The notes under the pieces: model-generated
Told to the model about the DNA's origin: nothing
Database searches by the model: none
The model's input: the letters and a program-made list of their open reading frames with translations, nothing else
Origin: Nymphaea colorata
Lineage: Eukaryota
NCBI RefSeq assembly: GCF_008831285.2
Contig: NC_045138.2
Coordinates: forward strand, 186,001 to 250,000
Reading direction: 5' to 3'
Length of the DNA: 64,000 bases
Made by a program: the position numbers and the translations under genes
Shown: piece by piece, positions 39,100 through 50,957 of the stretch
Numbering within the stretch: the first letter of the stretch is position 1
Layout of the letters: every line of letters begins with the position of its first letter

Positions 39100-41950
39100 G
39101 GGTATGAAGGAAAATGGATTACATTCACCTACTGACAGACAAACTATATTTAAGAGCCAAAAAACTTCAAAAGTATAGACTTATTTTACATAGGTTATGC
39201 ATAAGGGAATAAAATTTGTAAAATGCAAATATTGCAGTAAATGACATGATGGACATGGTGCTAACAAACAAGTCAACTAAATGTGAAAAGAGATTCATGC
39301 ATTAAAGGCAAATCAGCGAAAGAAAACGAAAAATTTAGTCATTTGCAGTTGGTGAATCTAGTGCAACTTCTTTATGCATACAAAAGTTTGATATGAAACA
39401 TATAAGAAAGTTGATATCCAAGTGTGCAATAGTACATGTTCTTTCATTTAATTTGGCAGAATATAAATATCATAACAAGTTTTTTCATGTTTGCAATTCA
39501 AGGCTTGTTCCATTTTTCATGAAAACTCTTACAAGAGAGATTTGTCAGTGTACAAAACAAAGAAAATTCAATCCGAATGATTGATAGTGATTGAAAGTTT
39601 TATGTCATATGTTCAATTTTTTACATGTACCTTCACCATATAATGCAAACATTTTGTGTGAAGTTTTATTAAGATATATCTCTAAATGAAACAGTCAGTC
39701 AAAGTTTTCTTACTACTACATTAAAAAAGAAATTAGAAAGAAGAAACCTTATTCTATTGAAAGGGAAACATTTGCATATTCATTGTAGTACACTTATTAT
39801 AAATTTCATGGTTCAAGATGACATGTAAGATATGCATAATATAATTTCAAAAATTCATGAAAAGTCAAGTATGTGAAGGGATCGTCAAATTAATTGGAGA
39901 AATTTATTTCTAGAAATGGAACTGATGAAACGGAAATATTTTTTCTTTTTTCCAAAACCAGCTTCTGTTTGTTATGAATGAATTATTTTTCTAGAAAAAA
40001 TTTCTTCGTTTGGTGGAAATGGTGAGGAAGAAGGATGAAGAAAGGAAGGAATGAGGAGGGAGGAGAAAGAAGGGAGCGAGGGAGGAATGAGGAAGAAGGG
40101 AAGAGAAGGGAGGAAGAGGAAGAAGGAGGAGGAGGAAGAAGGGAAGAGAAGGGAGGAAGAGGAAGAAGGAGGAGGAGGAAGAAGGGAAGAGAAGGGAGGT
40201 TCCTTGCATCGTCGGCTGAGAAGCAGCTCCCAACTCTTAGGTTCGCCCCTATCTCCCTCTGTCTCTGTCTCTTACTCCCTTTTCTATTGTCTCACCCTCT
40301 TTCCATCACTCTCTCTTTCGTCCTCACCCTTTTTCTTCGTCTCTCTCCCTTTGTATCTCACCCACTCCTTCTATGTGTCTTACCCTCCTTCTTTGTGTAG
40401 CCCTTTCCTTCCGCCTCTTCTCTCTCCCTCCTTCCCTTCTTCTTCCGTCCCTCCTCCTCCCTCCTTCCTTCCCTTCTTCTTCTTCTTCTTCTTCTTCTTC
40501 TTCTTCTTCTTCTTCTTCTTCTTTCTTTTTGCGCTGGTAAAACCCTCTGCTGAAACCCTCGGCAGGAAATGCCGAGGGTTCCAAAATCCCTCCTTCCCTT
40601 CTTCTTCCCCCCTTCTTCCCTTCTTCCTCCTCCCTGGCTCCCTTCTTTCTCCTCCCTCCTTCCCTTCTTCCCTTCTTCTTCCTCCTCTCTCCTTCCCTTC
40701 TTCTTTCCTCCTTCTTCTTCCTTCCTTCCCTTCTTCCTCCTCCCTCCTTCTCTCCTTCCCTTCTTCCTCCTCCCTCCTTCTCTCCTTCCCTTCTTCTTCC
40801 TCCCCGTCCATTCTTCCTCCAACGGTAAAAAAAAAAAAATTTTGAAAAAATTTTTCTACCCCTCTGGCTGGAAAATTTTTTTGGAAATATATTTTCAGAA
40901 TCACCTCCAATGGTAAAAAAAATTTATCCACGTTTGATGGAATAAGAAAAATTTTAAAAATTTGAAATTTTTTTCCTCCGCTTCAGTGTTTTTCCAGCGT
41001 AACAAACGCCCCCTTAAGGATTTTATAATATAGTGAGCTTGAGTGGTACAAAGGAATTTATCTATAATGTTTTTACTCAATGGAACTCTACATTTATTAT
41101 GTTGAGAGATACATTACTATACAAGGATTCTTTCAACATTTGGCTTATGCTGATCATAATTATTTAAGTTATCATTCCGATGGTAAGTGGTCTTATGCAT
41201 CGTGTCAGTTTTTGAAGGTATTGTACAATGCGACGAATATCTTCTATGTTACTAGGTGTGTAACAAACAATGCAGTTTCTGAAGAAGTATAATTGATTTA
41301 TAAACATTTGCATAAGCATCGTGACATCTAATAAATATATAAGGGCATTGACATATAAAATGAAACAAAAAATTCACAAATATTGGCAATACTACAATGT
41401 TCTTTTTGGAATTGTATTTGATTTGGATCTGAAGTCCAAATTTTGGTATTTAAAATTTTTGTTTGAGAGTTTGAATGAACCTAATGCAACGATACAATAT
41501 AAGAAAGTAGGGAAAAACCTTCATTAGTTGCATGTCAAACACAAAAGTATATATGGTACAAGTGATAGAAAAAGATAAATTAAATCTAATGGCATAATGA
41601 CAATGAAAGATGGAATAGATTCTTGAAGAGATGCTTTCATGATGTTTTGCCTGAATTCTACATCTACTCAAGTATCTCGTGCAAATTTAGAAACTTATTT
41701 AGCTGATTCAATCGAAGAAGTTCCACCTAATGAAAACTTCAGTATATTGTTTTGGTAGAAGTTAAATGAAAGTTATAAATGCACCATTCTATCCAAGATG
41801 AATTGAGACATATCAGCAGCCCTCATATCTACAATTGCTTTAGAGTATGTATTTAATAAAACATGCAGAATTGTTAATGGCTATAATGGATTGTCAACCA
41901 CTCTTGAATTTGTTGAAGCAATGGTTTGCACATAAAGTTGGATTCACCAT
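39100..41950 (+). pseudogene. Decayed hAT (Ac/Tam3-like) transposase
   Basis: BED-finger remnant VKCKYCSK near 39218, followed by FDMKHIRKLISKCAIVHVLSFNLAEY. Then KMKQKIHKYWQYYNVLFGIVFDLDLKSKF (cf. KF.KYW...LDPR.K) and a dimerisation-domain remnant LETYL..ENFSILFW..LSKM..DI..IST.A.E.VF..EFVEAMVCT.SW at about 41690-41945. Many stops and frameshifts. Confidence 0.8.
39960..41014. mobile_element. PIF/Harbinger-type insertion with GA-rich then CT-rich low-complexity core, nested in the hAT relic
   Basis: Right end CAAACGCCCCCT followed by TAA at 41003-41017. GA-rich block 40024-40199 and complementary CT-rich blocks 40380-40815, including (CTT)n. Left TIR not identified. Confidence 0.55.
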
Positions 41951-42889
41951 TAAGAGAATTCATGTGAAATGTAAGATGTTCATTATTCAATGCTAGATTT
42001 TGGTCATTCATTTTGTTTTTCTAATATACTAACATTGTAGTATGCTGATCATGATACACTTTATAGTTTGATGATAGGGAGGGATCTTCTTATGAAAATC
42101 ATGATTCGATTGATGCATGATTGTGATCATTGTGGTATGTCTTTTTTGCATTTTGGTTTACTATTTATATTTCGTTACATGGTGTCTTTATGTAATTTGT
42201 AGACTAAATATTGGTAGTGTTTTGCATGTCCCTTGTGGTTTCTTTGAAATAAAAAAATGGAGCTATGTGTAGGCCTCGTAAAACTCAAATTTCGAAAATG
42301 TTTTGTTTATCTAAGATCTAGTTATGTTGGTTGAGATAGAAGTTCCTTGAGATGTTATTGTTAGGCATAACATACTTTATTTGTTGACTAATGTAAAACC
42401 ATATGTGTCAGCTGATGTAATAAATGATGGTAACAGGCAAAACACTTCAGATGTTATATTCACTTTAGATGTTATTTTGATGTTGGTGGAATACTTTATA
42501 TGTTTTTCTTCCTTTTTGCATGTGTTAATGGTGGTGGCATATTTTTTATTGTTCATTTTTCGTTTGGTTGCTTTAGTTGTTTGTCTTAACACTGATTGAT
42601 TGATGTCCTAAATAAGCTTGTTATTTATCACAAAATTCTATTTTACGAGTCTATTCAATTCAAATAAATATAAGTTTTTAAGATTGTTTATCAATTTAGT
42701 TGTGAGATTTATTTTTGATATGTAGGTGGGAATGCATGAAAGAGAAAATAAATGAAGGGGAAAGCGGAGCTAACTTGACATTTAAATCATTAACTTTTGT
42801 TATGTTTGATGATTCTTGTAATAGTGATTTTTTTATTCATGCAAACAAAATATCATCAATCAAGAATTTGCCTTGTTTTTGTTTAGTGA

Positions 42890-42954
<65 letters not shown>

Positions 42955-43245
42955 TTTACATACATGCCAAAAAGAATTGGCGGTGCTATAAAAAAGAAAG
43001 ACTATTATTTTATTATTTAGATTTAAATTTTAGACCCAAAACAAATTCGAGTCCATTCTATCCAAAATGAATTTCAAGATTAGATCCAAATCAAGCATTT
43101 CAAACTCAAAATTCAAAATCAAAGTTCAAAATGACAAAGTTTGATGCTATGAGTTCCATATGCGCATGCACAAACCTTTGCTTTGTTTTATATTTCACTC
43201 TCACTTCGAAATGTATTTTTGAAGCTTAACCCACTTACAAGAACA

Positions 43246-45013
43246 TGTCGGCAGCCGATTGAATCGAATATAGATTCAAAAAGAACCCGGAGTAGCTCAA
43301 AATGGAGTTGGCCACCGATTTTTAACAAAACTTTTTTTTAACACATCTTAAATAAAAATATATATTTATATTTTATGCTCCTTACATAAAAAAAGATTTA
43401 GCTATTTATGCATTTTTTGATTTGCTTTAATTTCATTTTTTTAATAAAAAAGGAAAAGCATGCAACGACGCATGCGAGCGCTCTGCACGGCCATGCACGC
43501 CATTGCACGCACGTTATCGCTTGCAAGAGCGAGCGAGCCTTCGTGCAACGCACGACACACGCGACAGCTCGTCGTGCGCTGCCACGCGCAGTGCGCGCAA
43601 CGCGATGCGCTCGACAGCGCGTCGTAGGCGCTGCTGGCCTGGCGCGTCAAGCTTTCCATTTTTATGAAAAAAAACTCCCCTTTCGAGGGCAGTTTTGGCA
43701 TTTGTGGGTGGCAATAGCCCGCCCACATCCCAAAGAGGTATTTGTAGGGCTAATGGCCAATCCTACTTAGTCAAAACTTATTTTTCTACAAACAAATTTG
43801 AAAATAATTCAAAATTCTTTGAAATTCGGATGAAAATCTTTTGAAATTCAAAAAAATTGAAATTTTGAATTTTGGCTTCAAAACTCTATATAAATAACCC
43901 CATAATCCCCTCTTTTGGGCAAGAGTTGGCCATTGGTAGAAGCTTTAGTATATTCTCATTTGAGGACTTAGAGTTTCTCTTGAGCTCTCTCTCTCTCTCC
44001 CTCTTCCTCTTTCCATTTCTCTCCAACTTGGAACAAACTACAACTCTTCAAGGGAGTACCAAAGATCTCTTGGATGACTCATCTTCATAATCTTGGAGCT
44101 TCGTTCAATGTGAATTCAAGATTATTTCAAACATAGTTGTTCATTTTCCCTAAGTCATTTCTCATTTAGAGGTATGTAATCATAATCCCTATTATTTTTC
44201 TCTTATTCTCTTTCCTCTCTTCTTCATCTATCCATGGTCATATGAAATAGCTCTCAATCTTTACGTTAGAGATAAGAGGTTATGCTTGAGTGCACCGGGA
44301 GCATGTGAAGATAAGATAATATTTCATTTCGTAGTTCAATCATTTTTTTCTCTTTTTTTGAATATTGCTTTGTTTCAAGATATTACCGATACATAGTTAT
44401 TTGATTTTTCTTATATATATGAATGCACAGTGAGAATGAGAGTGTGGCTTGAGATTTTCTCCTTATTATTGTGTCATTAATTTTAAGGTTGGAGCTTGTC
44501 CAACTCTGGAAGAACCTTCACGCATTTGTACATGTCAAAGTGCATTTTCATGTCATTTCGCGTTATTTTCCTTTTAATCATTTGATTAGGAACCCTAACG
44601 AGCGTCCTATCGTGTGGTTTAAGTTTCTTTTATACCCAACAATGGAAGAAACATATTCCCTAGCAACCAATGAAATAGCTATGTTTTATGTTTATGTTTT
44701 CTAAAATATTTTCAATAGAATCATTTATAATATTTGGAGACTTAGTTTAAACTATTGCATGAGTTCAAGTTCCCTTCAGCTTATATCAAACTTGAAGTCA
44801 GATGTTTTAACTTATCTTTAATCTCATGAAGACATACATGTATATACATGTTATATACATATGTGTGCACATGATGATTTTTATCATTCTCTCTATATGT
44901 TTACATATTTCATTTTACAAATTTTTCGTATCAACATGAATGCATATATATATAAATCTCTTACTTTCTCTCTCTAAAATCTTTTTCTCTCTTTAAGTCG
45001 AATGCCTTTATCT

Positions 45014-45074
<61 letters not shown>

Positions 45075-45292
45075 CTCCATTTCTTTTTCTTTAAAATCTC
45101 TTTTTCTATTCAAGTAAATGTTATTTTTACAAGCTTTTATATATGTGTATATGTGATGGTATATACACATGTATGTGCATATTCTCCATCTCCCTCTTTT
45201 TCTTCCTTTTTCTTGAAGGTTTCATTTTCTTTTTTTACTTAGATTCAAACCTCATTTTCATAAACTTACATATATGTATCTATACATATTAA

Positions 45293-45357
<65 letters not shown>

Positions 45358-46220
45358 GCATATCTCTCTTTCTTTTAAATCTTCAATTTTTTTATTTTCA
45401 AGATCTCTTTCTTTCTTTCTCTTTCCTTCTGTATACTTTCTTATGATCAAGTATCTCATCTCTTGCATTCTTTTGGACATTTTTCTTCTCTAAGATCATT
45501 TTTATTTACCGACTTTACTAAGACCACAACTCAAGTAATGACCCAATATTAGATTCATGCTTGATAGTCTACAATTTCGATCCAATTTCAGAACTTTTCT
45601 TTCTTTGTAAAGATATTTACGTTAACTATAAAAGAAAAATCTTATATGTATGTTATGGTAGGAATGCTCTTAAATGAATGTTATAGTAGGAATGAATAAT
45701 TTTTCTTTCCAATCATATATGATCAATTGCATTCATGCATTCTCACTCATTTAATTTCACTTATGATCACAAACACTTCTCCAAAAAAACTTAAGCAAGG
45801 AGAAATGAAGCTCTAAGTAGGTGGTAACCGAATTAGATCAAAATCTCAAATCTGCTTAAAGTATTAAGAGAACACTAAAGTGATTTCAAAATGATTTCCA
45901 AATGATATTTATAAACATTTCTCAATTCTATGTTTTCCCAAAATGTCTTACATTCTCAAGTAATTCTTCAAAAATCTTTTCAAAAGTTTGAAACATCAAA
46001 CTTTCAATATTTTTCTATACCGCATATAGGAAAGATGTTTAAGCCAAAATGAAATACATAAATAATAAACATAGCATTTGAATTGATTACCCCCGGTAAA
46101 GGTGCCAGAAACGGTCAATCCTCGTACCGACGGGCGAGTCCTTTATTTCTCATTTTCAAAATAAAACTCATTTTTTCTGTAGTACTCCAAATACCAAAAA
46201 TTGTGGGGATGCAAGCAACA
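43246..46220. mobile_element. Possible large solo LTR or LTR remnant (Tat/Ogre-like)
   Basis: GC-rich patch 43457-43650, TATA-like CTATATAAATA at 43886 followed by a pyrimidine-rich leader, and a 3' region ending CAAAAATTGTGGGG..CAACA. No TSD confirmed; boundaries uncertain. Confidence 0.35.
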
Positions 46221-46517
46221 TCTTAGGTATAATGGATATTGTAGAAAATGAAAAACAAATGCTAAATTAAATGAACATGTTAGGTAGAATGACCGAATAT
46301 GGTTGAATCTATATGTAACTTTTCACACATATTTTTGAAGATCTTTAAGTCTCCGTAATATGGTCGAATCTTTATGTAATGTTCCACGCATATTCCTAAA
46401 GATCATTAAGTCTCAGTTAATGGTTGATGTGGTCAAATCTATGATGTTCTAAGCAATAGCAGAACCAGAATTTTTTTTTGACGGGAGCACTCATTTAATA
46501 CCTTTAATTTCTTTGGG

Positions 46518-46553
<36 letters not shown>

Positions 46554-47202
46554 CAATCAAATATATTAAAACATTAACATATATATTAAATTATTTTTGT
46601 GAGGCCGATGTGGGCAACTGCCCACACCAGCAACCATGTGGCTCCACTACTGGTTCCATGCAGTAGTGGAGCTAGAAATTTTTTCTGGCGAGGGCACTCA
46701 TTCAATTCTTTTAATTTCTTTGGGGCATTTATATATATAACAATCAAATATAGCACAATGTTAACATATACATTAAAATAATTTTGTGAGGCTGGTATGG
46801 GCCACCATGTGGCTCTGCCACTGGTTCCATGACATGTTTGTTTATCTTGGCAATGAAGATAGGTATTCAATGGACTAAAACCATGGAGCTAATTGATCAT
46901 CAGCTGTTGGCAAGTCCAATTGTTGCTTATGCTCATATCCATCCAAGCGTACAAAACTTGTTCGGATTGTTTAGGACTTGCAAATAGGGATGTCAATGGA
47001 TTGGATTCGGATCGGATATATCCTTAATCATATGTGTTTTGTTAGATATTCACATATTCAGATTTGAATCCGAATAATGCAAAGTTATATCCGAATCCAA
47101 TTACAATCCAAATCCGATCCAAATCCAAATTTCATATTTGTATTTGAGTTTGACTTTTGGACCAGATTTTACCAATTTTCAAAATTTAATATTATTGTTT
47201 TC

Positions 47203-48860
47203 CTTTAAACGGTAGTTCCCTCTTTTGGTATTCTAAAATTAAAATAATATTTGTTCTGGTGTTTTACTTTGTTGGGCTTTTTCTTTTATACTTTTCCCCT
47301 TTTGAGATCAAAAGTTACAAGAGTGATTGAGATTTAATATCCTACGATTTCAGATCTACTGATTTCCAAAGGTCCATGTGTTCTGTGATTAAATGGGAAA
47401 CTGCATTAAACCAAAATTTGGTGAGAAGCTGTTATAGAATTGACAAACAGATCGAGGTGCGTGCACACAATACACAATAAGTATGTGCACACGCAAAAAG
47501 GGTGGAGGGCATTTTAATGGAAGTATTTCCGTTATTGCATGGACCTATGCACAATTTTTTTCTGTTCTTGAGAATGTACATAACCGCAGGGCAAAGCCAA
47601 ATGGAGCCTGGCTCCACCTCAATTTTTTTTTTTAAAAAATTACATATAAATTTTTCTTATTTTATATAAAAATTTTGAAAAATGATATCTCAGCCCAAAT
47701 CAAAATTTAGAAACTTCAATTTGATCCTCATTGTAAAAATTTTCTGACTCCGCCCCTACATAACCTGCTTGGATTCAAAAAGATAGGTAAAAAAGCAAAC
47801 AAATGGAGAAGAAAAAGAAAGTGAACTTAGACCTTAACCTTGCCGTTTTGACTATAGATCCACTAGTTTGAAGGTTAATCTGAGGTTTGAATTAAAATCC
47901 GGTGTATTCATCTAGGATATATATAGTCTCTTCCAAAAAATCTAGGACTTTTTCAAATTTATAGGAAGATGCTTGAGGGACACGACTATTTGAGGAGGTC
48001 AAGCTCCGTACCTCACCCTGCCTACAGAACAAGCATACATAGGAGGTAGACCTTACTGCTAATATACATATTTGCTTCAATACCCTAACATTACATGTGC
48101 ACAAGTGTCATTATATTATACTTTTGTAGTTATTTCGAGCTCATTATCTTATAGTCATAGCGCATGAATAACGACATGAGCTCATTACCTCATAGTCATA
48201 GCGCATGAATAACGACATGAAGTATGAGATAATGACATAGTATAAGATAATGATAAATGAATGAGATAATGAATATTAGATAACATGAGCATGAGATAAT
48301 GATAGGAGTATAAGATAATAGGTATGCGATAACAACATTTATTTTCAATAACATCATGGAGATGCTTCCCCATTTAGAAAAGTATATTGGTCATAACAAC
48401 CACTTGCATGTATAGGCCGACACAATCATTTGAATAATTTGGTCCCATCTTTTTTAAATCCTAAAAAACCTTACTTTTTTCTGTTTCATTTTGTGTCCAT
48501 ACAAAAAGTTCTTTGTTTTTCCTTAACCAGGGGCTTTATTTGTCATGGGCAGATGAAAATTTTGCTTTATTTGTCATGGGCACATGAAAATTTTGAACAT
48601 AACAGATGACATACATAACTTGCTCTTTTTTGTCAGTAATTTAGTGGGTATATATATTTAGGCCATGTGGTTTAAGTACTCAAAGGCAAGTTGCGTTCGC
48701 CACTTTCAGAATATAAATAAAAAAATTATATAACCCGCACTATTTTTCCCCTTCATCCAATATGACATCAGGACCCTATTGGGTCCGAGGCCGAGGCGGC
48801 GGCTGATTGAGGCATCCCATGTGCTTCATGCAATTCACCTACGCACCTTTCCTGTGCTGA
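47203..48860. repeat. Degenerate duplicate of the YUCCA upstream region (copy C)
   Basis: 47203-47433 resembles 33905-34062, 47785-47900 resembles 34081-34175, and 48660-48860 resembles pieces of 34686-34740 and 35268-35310 (CATCCCATGTGCTTCATGCAATTCAC). Confidence 0.75.
47587..47758. mobile_element. hAT MITE, CAGGGGCGG family
   Basis: TSD cataaccg/cataacct (7/8) with family-typical body. Confidence 0.8.
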
Positions 48861-48914
48861 ACCAGGAATTCTCTTTTCAATTCTCGGCATATGTCCTTTA
48901 AAGTTCAATCACCA

Positions 48915-48946
<32 letters not shown>

Positions 48947-49012
48947 GTACACATATGTATAGATATATGTGTGTGTCTATATTAACTTGCAGATGCGCTT
49001 ACAGGAGGAGCA

Positions 49013-49242
49013 TTTAACCCTGTGTTTGCTTAAGGGGTTGAGAAGATCAATGGCATGCATTGCATGAAAAAAATGACAAGAAAAGGATCGAACTTTTCAC
49101 CAAACTAATTCAAGCTGAGTATGTGGCTTAGTAAATAAGAATTGAAAACATATCCAAGGGATCAGATGAGACAAAAAGCATCATCAACTTGCACAATCAA
49201 TGTTGACAGTGGGATGATGGATTTTGGTCTTATAGATATCAC
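49013..49242 (-). repeat. Inverted duplicate of the YUCCA 3' flank
   Basis: Reverse complement of about 25959-26205, e.g. AAAACATATCCAAGGGATCAGAT.AGACAAAAAGCATCATCAA.TTGCACAATCAATG. Confidence 0.9.
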
Positions 49243-49261
49243 GGTATATATATATATATAT

Positions 49262-50324
49262 ATTTCTCCTTCTTCCTGGTTTTGAGATGGAGCTTGCTCC
49301 TCTGGTTGGCAATGGCATCATCATTTATAGATGTGGAGGGAGGAGGTGATGAACAACCACCTTGGTGTACTCTTCTGGGGGGTCTTTTATTCTATTTTAA
49401 ACGATATTCGTTTCTATTGAAAACTAAATTTTAAATAATATTTGTTTTGGATGTTTGCTTTTTCTTTTATATTTTTCCTTTTGAGATCAAGTTTGATTTA
49501 GATTTAATATACTACAGGCTATGATTTCAAATCTATGGTTACGATCAAACGAGAAAACCGCATTAAAACCAAAATTGGGTGATAAGATGTTCTCGAATTC
49601 ACAAAGGTCGGCAGAAAAACAAACAAAAGGAGGAGAAAAAGAAGTGAAGTTAGACCTTCCCCTTTTGATTATAGATATCCATTCATTTGAAGGATAATGG
49701 GGATTTTAAATCTGAGGTTTGAATAAAAATCTGGCTGGTTCAAACGCCATCTAAGGTTAAATAACTAAATATTTAGCGTTAACATACCCATATATTATAT
49801 ATTCATAAAATTAAGGTGTTCCTCTTCCTTTAGCCACGGGCTTTTTTCAAAGAGAAAAAGGGAATAAATGGTCTTGAAAATTATTAAAAAGGCTTTTAAT
49901 TTGATGTTCCGGAGGCATAGTGGATTTGCTTCGTTACCTTTCCAAGAGATTATGGCGGTCGAAAGTGGAAAACTATATTGAAAAATCCCATTTATATCTT
50001 AAAAGTTACAATATTTAGGTTAATATATATATATATATACTTATTTAGTCTCCTCCAAACAAACTTTGTCCTTTTCAAATATATAAAATGTTTTGAGTGA
50101 CAAGGCTATTAAGTATAAAATGTAAATAAATATTTTGAGTAGGTCTATGCTAGCAATTTTTCTCGACCGTAGGCCTTCGCATTGGGCAGAGCCGGGCCTG
50201 ATAAGAAATCGGGCTCGGGCCAGACCAAGTTTGTGACTGCTGCCCGAGCCCAGCCTGACATGTCATACCCAAGCCTGATGCCTCGGTTAAAATAAAAAAT
50301 ATATTTTTAAATATAAAATAGCAC

Positions 50325-50364
<40 letters not shown>

Positions 50365-50905
50365 TTTTTATCAAACCGGATGAAACCCAATTAAACTAAC
50401 CCGGTAAGTTATGGGATTGATCTGTTACCCATTTCTTAGGCCTGATTGTGGCCCAAGTCGAGCCAAGTACCGGGTGCCAGCTGTAATTTGGCAGACATAT
50501 TTTCATGATAAAGACATGTTTAATATCACTAGACTCGCATACAGAATAAAAAAAGACACTTCTTAAGCCATTGCAATTTTTTTTCCCCCTTGTTTGCTAT
50601 TGGCAATTTGCTAGCTTTTGGTTGTGATGTTTCACCATCCTACGCAACTTGCTCTGTATTCAACCCCTAAAAAGAAACATGAAATCACCGAAGTATGAAT
50701 CTACTGTTGTTGGTAAAAGTCAAATTTTACCAATGGATAAATTGAGGTGTCGATAAAGATGGACTTTCACTGACATAAAACCGCCTCTAATGGACATCTG
50801 TCCTCGTCGACGCGAGGGGACTACATATTGGTAAAAATTCATTTTTAACGACAGTGGGAACTGGCCGTCAGTAAAAGTAATGATTTCACCAGCACTTAAA
50901 ACCTC

Positions 50906-50957
<52 letters not shown>

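Noticed and set aside
39991..40931. Several 80-264-aa ORFs rich in E/G/R/K or P/S/F
   Set aside because: Products of stop-poor GA/CT low-complexity DNA.
50720..50900. CACTA-like subterminal motifs (TTTTA.C.A.GG / CCGTC.GTAAAA)
   Set aside because: No paired CACTA termini or 3-bp TSD found.
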